Source: Welwitschia mirabilis | Taxonomy: Eukaryota | NCBI GenBank assembly: GCA_051453625.1 | Contig: JBOZIK010000001.1 | Location: 29,546,581 to 29,588,535 of the forward strand | Direction: 5' to 3' | DNA: 41,955 bases | Part shown: positions 12,854 to 23,700 of the stretch, in pieces | Layout of the letters: each line of letters begins with the position of its first letter | Numbering within the stretch: position 1 is the first letter of the stretch | Position numbers and translations under genes: made by a program | The notes under the pieces: model-generated | What the model was told of the DNA's origin: nothing | The model's input: only the letters and a program-made list of their open reading frames with translations | Databases searched by the model: none

Positions 12854-13833
12854 TGATGAGTGAAGATAATGATATAAATATTTCTTATTAATAAAATATT
12901 TTTATTCTTATAATCATATATTTTAGATAGTATTCAATATTTCTTCTTTAGTATTTAGGTTAATATACTAGCTAGTTAATAAGTTAGTTAGTTAGTATGT
13001 TAGTAGGTTAGCATATATATATATATATATTGTATCATTGTGTTACAAGTACAAAATGCCATTTGGCATTGAGGATGAGAGAAAAGACCAAGGTGGTAAA
13101 AAAAACAAGAACAACTTCAACCATAAACCTATCCTTTAGAAGCAAAGGAAGGAAGTAGAAGAACAAAAATATGCTAAAATGTATAAGTATAGGATCTCCA
13201 GGGTGAGGGAGGGCTCTTTTAGCAAAAAGGCTCTAGAAATAAGACCAAGCAATAGGTCAAAGAAAAGCTTTAGACATTCTAAAAAGGGTTTAGCAACATC
13301 TCTAATGTTTTAGTGTTACTTATAAAGGAAAACAAAAACTTATCAGTATATTTTTATGTAATGCTCTAGTATTTTAATATAAAGTTGAAAAGCTAATATT
13401 TTTGAAAAGTATTATGAACATGTTTTATTATTTGCAAAAAAGAGATTCTCTTTTACTTGCTCCTATTTACGTAGCTGAACATTAATTAGGATAATTACAA
13501 TACTTAGAAATAAGTATTATTTAGCGTTTAGTTAAACTTCTAATTATTCTTTTTCATTTTCTTCATTTCCCCATAATGTAATATATGTATTTAGCAAATT
13601 TATCAATTATCAACTTGACTAGTTCAAGTAACTTCATCATGAGTTTATCTTAATGATGCATTTTAAACTAAATTGTTAAAGTATTAGTGATCTCAACTAG
13701 TTCTTTAATAAATCTCTAATTTTAATTTAATTTTTTAAGCCTATTTTTGGTTAATAGCATCATAATTTTCTATATTTTTTCTGCATAATTTCTAGTATTT
13801 TCTATATTTATTTCAAAATATAAGCTTTTATCA
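12854..13833 (+). repeat. 5' LTR of an Athila-like element
   Basis: Begins tgatgagtg exactly where the Tekay RT frame stops and ends ttttatca (TGAT...ATCA termini), immediately before a PBS-like motif. Contains (tagt)n and (ta)n microsatellites at ~12970-13030. Confidence 0.65.
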
Positions 13834-13836
13834 TTT

Positions 13837-13850
13837 TGGGACTAGAAGGA
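13837..13850 (+). promoter_or_regulatory. Primer binding site, tRNA-Asn(GUU) type
   Basis: tgggactagaagga matches TGGCGCTAGAAGGA, the complement of the plant tRNA-Asn 3' end as I recall it, at 12/14 positions. It lies 3 nt after the LTR's terminal CA. Confidence 0.55.
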
Positions 13851-13869
13851 CTATCTTAAAGTCAACTAA

Positions 13870-16566
13870 TGGAGATGAAGAAATATATAATCCAACAAGA
13901 TAGTCTAGGAAAATGATGGAATGGGAGACATAAGTTCATTAAAAATCTTGGCAAACATAATTTGGATGAGTAGACTAGAAGTAAGATTAAAATAGAAATA
14001 GAAGAGAAAGAATTTAGTATGGATGAAACTACTATTGGAAAGACTGTGAAAGAATAAATATTTTCTAAATTAATGAGTAAAATAGAATAGTGATTGCGTA
14101 TTCTTCTCAAATCACCTATTACCCAAGGAGAATCTTCCTAAATAGCTAGGATAAATAAACCTAAAAAAATCTTTGTAATAGGATGCTATTAAGAAGATAA
14201 TGTAAATTTAAGTGCTTTGAATTATGAAACTCATTGGCTAGAAGATTTAAGTCCTATTAATCTTATAGCCTTAGCATATCCAAAATAAAGTGAGAAATAT
14301 AAATATAATATCAATACCAACTTGAGGGTAAGAAATCAGGAGAACCTTTGTTGCATTTAAGTCTATTTAATGCCTTCTACAAAACAAATTTATCTTAACT
14401 CAGAATTGGATTTTCTGAGGTATTTTACTTTTTTTTTTTTAAGGGGATGCTCAACTATGATATCATAGAAATCGTAGTCATGCTTTTTTAGTTCATAAGA
14501 AACTTCTAAAAATGATTTCTTGGGTAAATTTCAACCCATAAGAATAGCTAGAGATTTAAGAGAATAAATTTTGAATATTAAATAGAAAGGTAATGAAAGG
14601 TCTCATGAGTTCATGGATAGATATAATATATTATTACCTAAATATCCTAGCCATGGAATTGTAGCTAGAAAATGAGTCAAACCTTTACTTAAAGCATTAC
14701 ATAATTCAACTTTAAAGGAATTAGTCTTATCATGCAGAGGAAGCATCAAAACAAAGAATGTTTAAGAGGTAATAGAAGTTATTACTCAGTTTTATAATAG
14801 GAGTCAAGAATGGGAATAAAAGATTGACAAGAAAAAAAGAATAAATGAATTATTTTCCTCAAAGAAGTAGCTAAAAAGATGAGTTATAGTATGATGGAAA
14901 AATTTAATCAATTAGTTATACAACACTTTAAAGAGAAAGGAGGACCTATATGTGAATATTATGAAGATAATAATAAAGGAATAAAATATTCTTAAATACA
15001 AGAATTTTTTCCTTGGTTGGATACTAATAGAGTATATTCAAATATAAGAAATCAACCTTAAGCAAGAAAAAAGAAACATATCCTTAACCAAGTAGGAAAT
15101 GGAAAGGTGAGATAGAAAAGCTATTATAAAACTATGTAAATTCTAAAAGACAAGAGAAACTTAATTATTAAAGGAATTTGATAAACAAAGATTTAAAAGA
15201 CATGAAAGAAAAATCAAAGGTAAGGAAGAAAAAAGAAAAAATTCCTGCTCAACCTCAACCAAATCCAAGGAAAGAAAGAAGTAAGGTAGTGACTATGAGA
15301 TCTAAAAAACAAATAGTAGTAGATAAAGACCAAAAAAAGAAAAACATTTGAACAACTCTCTAGTTCATGAAAGAATAAATATGGGAAAGGAAGTAGTAGT
15401 TAATGACTTAGTGGATCCTCTATCTTTTCTAATGAGAACTAAACAAATATAACATCCAAAAATTAAATGGGACATAGAATATTTAACAAAAGTTTTAGAA
15501 GATATAATAATTTACTACCTCTTTTAAAATTATTAAAAGATGTACCTATGTATTGAAAGTAAATGAAGTGCATGTGCTTACAAAAAAGGAATAAGAAGAA
15601 AAGTAAGAAAGAAAAACAAATTGAATTGGTTAGAAAATATCAAGTTTCATGGGCATCCACACAAGTTCTTAAAAATAAATACATAAAACATACAGTGATC
15701 TAGGAACACCTATGATAGACATAAAAATTAATGGAAAGGTCAAATTATAAGCACTTGTGGATCTCGAAGTAAGTGTTAATGTGCAGGCATATGAGACTTA
15801 TGAGGAATTTGAAAAGCCAAAATTGATACCTTACCAAGGAAAAGTATACCTGGTAGATGGTTTAACACTATTTAACATTATGGATTGATCTATTTGATAG
15901 ATTGTTTAGTAATGAATACTTAAAGATATAACCATGTAGTAATTTTAGAAAGACCTTAAATGGCTACTATAGATGCTACTACTTATTATAGAAAAGGGAC
16001 AATGGAAATCAGTCTAGAAGATTCTAAAAAAGAGATTAAGTTATCTGATGCAGTAGTTGTAGAGGTGATGGCAAATAACACAGAAGCTAAAACCAATGCA
16101 ATTATAATACAAGAGATTAGCATGATGTTAAATAAGTAAAATAAAGAAAAGTATGAAGAATAAAGTTTACCATCTCAAGAAATATAAAAGCCTCCACTTA
16201 AAAAGGGATTAGAGTATATTAAAGTAGCTTCAAATAAACCTTTGATTATAAATAGTTCTTTAACTCATTGTCAAGAAAAAATCTTAAAAGAATGCTAATC
16301 AGAAGAAAAGGAGATTTTTATTAGGATCATACTAATATTAAGAAAATATATCCAAAAGTATGTTAACATAGAATCTATNNNNNNNNNNNNNAGTTTTATT
16401 ACAATAGTACCAAAGAAAGAAAATAAATGTAGAGTATATATAGATCTTGGAATGTTGAATACAACAACTTATAAAGATCAATGTCCTCTTCAATTTATAG
16501 GTCAAGTTTTAGAAAGAGTACTTAGACAGTAATATTACAACTTTCTTGATGGATATAGTGGATATA
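13870..16566 (+). pseudogene. Athila-like gag, protease and start of RT, heavily decayed
   Basis: KNDFLGKFQP, ILNIK*KGNERSHEFMDRYNILLPKYPSHGI (Retrotrans_gag-like), PAQPQPNPR and VVTMRSKK, protease DLGTPMIDI...ALVDLEVSVNV, RT IVPKKENKCRVYIDLGMLNTTTYKDQCPLQFIGQVLE...YYNFLDGYSGY. Ends abruptly at 16566. Confidence 0.9.
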
Positions 16567-16981
16567 TATAATGTTCCAAATTTATTAATTATGTAATAAA
16601 GGATGTTAAATGATAATCAAGCATAGTTAATACAAATGTGATTGGATGTGACCCAAATATGAAAGGATGTATTCCTTCATTATGCAATATAAGCTTATGG
16701 CATTAGGTGGGGATAGATAGACTGAGTGGATGTAACCAGCGACAACTTGGCTAATGCCCAAGGGTCATAGGAGAGGGACTTAGGTCATAATCCATGTCTT
16801 TACCTTTGACCACTAGTCGAAAGCTATTGGCTAATGATGAGGAATGTAATATGCTACTATTAATAATAAAAGTCTTATTCTTTCTAAATTGTTCCTTGTT
16901 ATTCCTGTTGATTCTGGCATATTATTTTATATGTTCCTTTTTATGCAAAGTAATCTGGAATCAGTAAAATGGGACATTACA
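16567..16981 (+). repeat. 5' LTR (415 bp) of a chromovirus-like Ty3/gypsy element
   Basis: Terminal inverted repeats tataatgttcc and gggacattaca match at 9/11 (TG..CA with the left G mutated to A). Starts exactly at the Athila RT break and is followed by a PBS. An aataaa signal lies at ~16865. Confidence 0.88.
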
Positions 16982-16983
16982 TT

Positions 16984-16994
16984 TGGTATCAGAG
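16984..16994 (+). promoter_or_regulatory. Primer binding site, tRNA-iMet
   Basis: tggtatcagag, 2 nt after the LTR end; the canonical iMet PBS. Confidence 0.92.
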
Positions 16995-17095
16995 TAAACA
17001 ACAAGTACTAAAACTACTACTTAAGGGAAACAAGGAAGGAACTCTATTTTATAAATAAAACAAGTCTTATGTTAAAGGAAAAACAAGCCAAAGGT

Positions 17096-19496
17096 CTATA
17101 GTACATCAAAGGCATGAATATGATAATCAAAGCAAATAAGATGCCAGTGGATATAGAGCACATGATGCCTTAACAAGATGAACCAAATTACTACCGAGGA
17201 GGAAGAAGATCCTCCAAAGAGAAGAGAATAGGGTTGTAACCCTCTGTGCCTGGGATAGGAGGCTATGCCACCTGGAATAACTTCCATTCTAGTCGGCTAT
17301 GTGAAAATCACCATAGTACTAATCTCAACTGAAGAAGAACCTACTGTAGAATCTTCTCTAGTAATAGGATATGGTCACTTATAGAGCTTCATATGAAGCT
17401 TACTAAAAGCAATTAAAGTCCCCAACATATGCTCCNNNNNNNNNNATGACACAGTACATTGATGTGATTAATGGTAATGGCCAAATGATCTACACAGGCC
17501 TAAATTATCCTCTCCCTCTTGGCTAGCCAAGTAGACAAAGTAGTCTGATTTTCTTCTAATATAGCCATAAAGGAAGCATTTGCCCATGATCTATTCTCTA
17601 TTAAGTGCATGTTCTAAACTTGATTCTTTAGCATGCAAAGGAAATCACTCATGAACTCAAACTCCTCAACTCCATAAAGAGCCATGAAATAGAAGAACTT
17701 CATCATATTAACCATGTTGTAGAAGTCTCAGAATAGGATAGGACATTCATGTTATAGATAATAATGAGGAGCAAAACAAGTAGAACAACTATACTCAAAG
17801 TTTCATGATACATTCACTACCTTAGATTGACAATGGGTGTAGATGTCATCTAAGTGAGATGAATGCATAACCTTTATATGCAAGAGGCTAAAAAGGGATT
17901 TCTATTCTCCCAGTTGATTCATTAACTCCTCAATTAAGGTCTTCACCAATAAAAAGAGCTAATTAGTATAATAAGATACTTGTCCCTCTTCATTTTACAA
18001 TGGACTATGGAGCTATAAGTAGACCACAAAGAGGCTCTAGAGAACGGCAAGCAATAGGAGAACTATGACCTAAAGGCTGAAAACAAGAAATGGAATAGGA
18101 AATATCCCCCTAATCCATTAATGTATTAAAATTATCAAGTACCTCTTTCCCTTAAGAATTAGTAGGGAATAATAAATCCATGAAAAGTTCAGTGGAAGGA
18201 ATGAAAGAAAACTTTTCACTTATTGCAATGAATTCCTCCTCTAGCTACCAAAGGGAGAGCTTCCTCAGAGGTAATGTAGGAAAATCCATATCTTTCTCGA
18301 TCAAAGTCTCTAAGTAAGAAACCTAAAATAAAAGAAGAAAATGCCTAAGTTATAAAAAAAGAAAGAAAAGAAAAGAGAAATGAAAAGAAGACTTGGTAGT
18401 AAGTAATACCCCATGGGGATAGTGTCACAAAGAAAAGCTAAAGGATGCATCCTATTCTTGTTCTAGTTCTTAGGCACAGGTCAGTTAACTAGAGCTTTAT
18501 CACATTTTCAGTAGGAAAAGTATCACATTTTCAGTAGAAAAAGTCATAAGATCCCAAGACCTTACTCATATACAAACACAAAATAACAAAACCAGAGTCA
18601 TTAGAAATATCCTTTACATCAACAATCCTCAGCAAGAGCCCATATCTCAAATAGAATAGAAAAAGTATCATGAGATTTTTTTTAAGATTATAATCCATAA
18701 AACCTTTACCCTCCATATATGAAAAAGAGTAAGAATGAAGTATAGATTTAGTAGGAATCTCATGAGGAGAAAAAATAAAGAAGGAATCTATAGAAGTAGA
18801 TCTAAATGGCTATAGACATCCTAGACCCATAGAAGCAAAATATAAACCTAACAAGATGTAATCATAGAAACATTTTTTCCTATCTTCGTTTCTCTTTAAG
18901 TGGGACAACTAGAAAAGAGTAAAGAAATAGACAACTGAAGCCCAATCTAAAGAAATTCCACTAACTTAAAAGGTGAACAAGTAAATTATGTAAGTTAGAA
19001 TCTTGCTCACTTGATCATGAAGGAAGGCCCTACTAGTAATCAATTCTCCACAAGCAACAAAATACATAGTGGTTAAAATGGCAATAAAGATCCCATGATG
19101 ATGAGTGTCCACCTCCCATAAATATACAAAATCATCTAAATGATTATCCATAAAGTAATGATAGTCCTCATCAAAATGGAAAAATTTGGGAGAAACACGA
19201 TCATCTTCACTCATTTTAAAGAGTAGCATGATGCTCTCTTCTAAAATCTAGACTGGGTCATGACAAAGATGGGTAATGGTAATAGTGCATAGATTAAAAG
19301 AATAATAGAAGAAATCAAGAATGAAAAGAATCATGGAATAGCAAAGATAGAAGGATGGGAAGCCACAAAAATCTAAGAGATTGGAGGAGAAGATCCAAGA
19401 AAACCTTTGCTCTGAAGGTCATTATCATATTTCCAATTCTACAAACTTGACATTGGTAAAATTCCAAGAAATAGTGGGGCAAAGTCTTGAATCCAT
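17096..19496 (-). pseudogene. Antisense accessory gene in the gypsy 5' leader; N-terminal part resembles the plant-transposon accessory protein (Transposase_32/PMD-like) family; probably two exons
   Basis: An ATG at 19496 and track ORFs 18966-19229 and 18531-18716 all lie in one frame: 322 codons with 7 internal stops. Motifs include FILDFFYYSF, PV*ILEESIMLLFKM, GISLDWASVVYFFTLF*L and CFYDYILLGLYFASMG. Further stop-poor frames occur at ~18320-17900 and 17435-17096. The family assignment is by motif resemblance only. Confidence 0.6.
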
Positions 19497-19545
19497 ACTT
19501 TGACCAGAGAAGAAGTGCAGTCATGAACATTGAAGGAGAACTCAC

Positions 19546-19554
19546 ATTTATAGG
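19546..19554 (-). promoter_or_regulatory. TATA box of the antisense gene
   Basis: cctataaat on the minus strand, 50 nt upstream of the ATG at 19496, followed by a pyrimidine-rich leader. Confidence 0.55.
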
Positions 19555-19764
19555 CAGAGATAAGTTGTGGAAAGATCTAGACAAAATACCAAAAAAAGAT
19601 AGGAAAAACATTAAATAAATTAAAAAAAAGGAGAATTAAAAAAAAAATGATAAGGAAAAGGCTAAATAAAGAATAAAAAAGAGGAGCTACCGATTTGACT
19701 ATAAATTCATGTGAAAAATGAGATAAAAATGAGGAATTATAAGGCTATTTGTAGTGGTGGACTA

Positions 19765-19845
19765 AGGGTTAACCTGATCCTAGAGTAATAGTTAACTATA
19801 GTTAACTAAATCCTAGTTAAGTGTAATTAACTGAAGTTAATTATA
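19765..19845. repeat. 10-bp-period array of GTTAAC palindromes
   Basis: ggttaacc (19767), tagttaacta (19789, 19799), tagttaagtg (19814), taattaactg (19824), aagttaatta (19834). Confidence 0.75.
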
Positions 19846-19871
19846 GAAAAATCAAGATTCAGAACTGCAAT

Positions 19872-20586
19872 TAGACATCATACTTTGAAGCATGTCACAC
19901 TTCCAAAAGACCAATGTCGCACTTCGAAAGCCAACATCTCATTCCATTGAACCTGATGTCACATTCCTAGAAGGTAGATGTCACATTTTGAAGGTTGATA
20001 TCACACTCCACTGAACTCAATATCATACTCCCAAAAGGCCAATGTCACACTTCAAAGGCTAACATCACACTCAAAAGGTTGATGTCGCACATGGTATCAT
20101 CAAATTCGATGTCACACTCCAAAATCCCTTGAATGCCAATGTCACACTTAGGTGTCCAACATCATACTTGGATGCCCAATGTTGCACTTGCACCTGTTAG
20201 GCCTAGTTTCCATCATTGCTTCATAGAAATCACCTATTTCACTCACTTGCCTAAGGAACTCCAATGTTGCACTTAAGTGTCTGATGTCACACTTGGGTGT
20301 CTGATGTCACACTTATCCCCACCAGGTCGAGACTCTACAATCACTTCTTGATAATCATTTGTTTCATTCTCCTATGTAAGAAGCTCTAACATTACACTTG
20401 ATGACCTGATGTTATACTTAAGTGCTTGATGTTACACTTGGAGACCTGACATCACACTCATACCATAAATGCGCTCTAACCCCTAATGTAACTTAAGATA
20501 ATCCAAAATTCTTTCAAAACCTCTAACATTATACTTAGGTATCTGATGTCATACTCAGTACACACAGGTGTCTGATGTCATACTTG
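19872..20586 (+). repeat. Array of ~25 copies of a 20-22-bp unit with core (c/t)(tg/ca)a(tg/ca)tcacact
   Basis: Cores at e.g. 19911, 19931, 19953, 19995, 20017, 20039, 20059, 20079, 20106, 20136, 20156, 20176, 20261, 20281, 20301, 20386, 20406, 20426, 20446, 20523, 20543 and 20572. The right half has a ~125-bp higher-order period. Confidence 0.9.
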
Positions 20587-20733
20587 GGTTTTCACCATCA
20601 TTCCCAGATGCTGGATAATACATAGATCACCCTCCCACCCCAAAAAAAAACCTCTGGTAGTTGACACCATGCTAGCAAGGTTGTTACGGAACCTATTAAA
20701 AATTACTTTTCTAACTATTTTCTTAACTACAAG

Positions 20734-23700
20734 ATGGTTGTAAGTGCCTAACTACCACTAGCAATGCTATAAAAAGATAGCATTACTAGAAGGAAGGGAG
20801 AACAAGTAGAGAATACTTATAAAAGGAAGAGATATATGAGTTTAGAAGGACATCAAACTAACTAATGCATCATAGAACATAGGGTAAATAAACAAATAGA
20901 GGAATTGGAAAACCAAATCGACCATATTTACTTTTAGAATAAACTGTTAGCTAGTAGGATCAATAGCCTTCTCTTTCATTTAGAAGATAGATCTAAAGAA
21001 CATAACCTGAGGGCATTTCAATAGCCACAATCTACATCAAGACATTACACTTCCACAACTGCTATTAACCTATAGAATATTTAGATGNNNNNNNNNNNNN
21101 NNNNNNNNNNNNNNNNNNNNNNNNNNNNNNNNNNNNNNNNNNNNNNNNNNNNNNNNNNNNNNNNNNNNNNNNNNNNNNNNNNNNNNNNNNNNNNNNNNNN
21201 NNNNNNNNNNNNNNNNNNNNNNNNNNNNNNNNNNNNNNNNNNNNNNNNNNNNNNNNNNNNNNNNNNNNNNNNNNNNNNNNNNNNNNNNNNNNNNNNNNNN
21301 NNNNNNNNNNNNNNNNNNNNNNNNNNNNNNNNNNNNNNNNNNNNNNNNNNNNNNNNNNNNNNNNNNNNNNNNNNNNNNNNNNNNNNNNNNNNNNNNNNNN
21401 NNNNNNNNNNNNNNNNNNNNNNNNNNNNNNNNNNNNNNNNNNNNNNNNNNNNNNNNNNNNNNNNNNNNNNNNNNNNNNNNNNNNNNNNNNNNNNNNNNNN
21501 NNNNNNNNNNNNNNNNNNNNNNNNNNNTTATTAAACATAGAGGCCAACTTTTAAGCTTTTCTGACAAATAAAACCAACCTTTCCAATATTAAACAACATA
21601 AAGGAGATAAAATTGTAAAGATGATATGTTTAAGGATCTATGAAGGTAAATCTGGAACAAGAGAAGAAGCTATATTTTGGATCTGGCAATTAAAGAATTA
21701 CTTCAAACTTTGAAATATACCTCAAAAAAGGTGATGCATATATGCTACTACTTTTCTTGTAGGAAATGCATAGGAATGATGATCCAGATGTCAATAGAAA
21801 CACCGGTAAAAAATACCATGGGATATATTCATTGAAGAGTTTAAAAGAAAATTTATCCCAAAATACTTCATTAAAGATTAAATGATACAGTTCCAATGCC
21901 TATGCTTGGGAAAGCATTCATTGAATGAACATTAGTCTAAATTCTAGTGCCTCATGAAGTACTAGAAGAATTTCATAGAAATGTAGCTGATTAACAATTT
22001 TATTGGGATCTTACCACCCAAACTCAAAAGCATTTTACAAACTTTAGATATCAAGCTCATAGAAGATGCTTATCATAAGATGAGACACTATCTCTAAGAG
22101 AATCGATGGATAGAACAGCAACACCCCTAAGGGGATAGACACCTTCTTTTAAATGCGCCACTGGTAAGAAAGCCATAGAGAACAAATCTCACTTATCATA
22201 AGTACCAAAAGAAAGGTGACATTATTAGGAATTACCCATCCCAAGCATGACCCCCAAATCTACTTTAGCACAATCAGTTCAATCTTTACAAAATTTGTCC
22301 ATGCCATCTAAAAAGGTATATGCTATCATCCAAATAGATCTGATTTACAATCAATATTCCATCCTAGAATTATATGATCATATTTCATCTTTGAATGTTT
22401 CATTCTTAGTTGATAGTAATGCATCTCACAATTTCATTTTTCCCACATTATTTTATAAATTAAATATCATTCCATTCAAAGAATAAGAATACATCATAGG
22501 ATTTATAAGGGACAGTATTCTTACATAAGATGGGATTGTCTCCCTTAGTAGTTATATCATTCATGATTTACACTTTAGGAATTAAATTTTATTTTATGTC
22601 TTTTAAATTGGGGAGTACCATGTCATTCTAAGAATTCTTTTAATAATTAGATATAATGTTTGAATCAATTTTTGTTAAAGGATCTTATTATTATCTACTT
22701 CATTTGAAGAATAAATCTTTAAAGAAAAGGGGAGGAGTAAGAACATATCTTTAACCTCACCTACATAGATCATGTTAAAAAGAAACAAGTATTCATTGCC
22801 CTGGTATAGGCAAAAAATCATAAAGAAGATCTTTTTATACCAGAAGAACTGTAAGATTTCTATAATATGTTTAAAGACTCAAAAACACTATCACCTAATA
22901 GGAAAGTACATTATGTAATCAACTTAGGTTCTAGAGCACAACCAATAGCATAAGCACCTTATCACTTCTCAGTAGTAGAACTAAGAGAATTAAAGTTACA
23001 AATTGAGCACCTATTATTAAAAGGGAAAATTCACTCTAGTGTGTCATCATGGGAAGCACTAGTACTTTTTTATAAGAAGAATGATGGTATCTTACAGCTT
23101 TTCATTGACTATAGATAGTTCAATAAGGTAACCATCAAGAACAAGTACTCATTACCAAGAATTGATGATCCATTAGATCAACTACAAGGAGCCAAATACT
23201 TTTCAAAGATCAATTTAAAATCTAGTTACCATCAGATCTGCATCAAGAATGAAGACATCTACAAAAGTGTTTTTAGAATAAGATATGATTATTACAAGTT
23301 TTTAGTGATATCTTTTAGTTTAATAAATACTCTAGATACTTTTATGAATTTAATAAATGATAATTTTTAATCTTNNNNNNNNNNCTTATTTGGATAAATG
23401 CATGGTTCCATTTTTAGAGATTTTCTAATATATTCTAGAAATTAGGATGATCAAATTACATACTTGAAGAAAGTTCTACAGGTTTTATCTAAGCATAATT
23501 TCAAGTTAAAGTTAAGCAAATATGAGTTCTTTCAAATAGAAATTAGTTATCTAGACCATATCATCTCTAGTAAAGGAATCACAACAAATCCATTCAAAGT
23601 ATAAGAGGTAAGAGAATGGCTAAAATTAAAGGATGCTATGCAAGTTCAAAGTTTCTTAGGATTGACTAGCTTCTATCGAAAATTTATTCCATAATTCTCT

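Noticed and set aside
19315-19611. 98-aa minus-strand track ORF as the start of the antisense gene
   Set aside because: It is in a different frame from the long frame and spans the TATA box. The ATG at 19496 fits better.
19872-20586. CRISPR-like appearance of the repeat array
   Set aside because: Units are 20-22 bp in total, with short related linkers and no unique ~30-bp spacers. There are no cas genes and the context is a plant retrotransposon.
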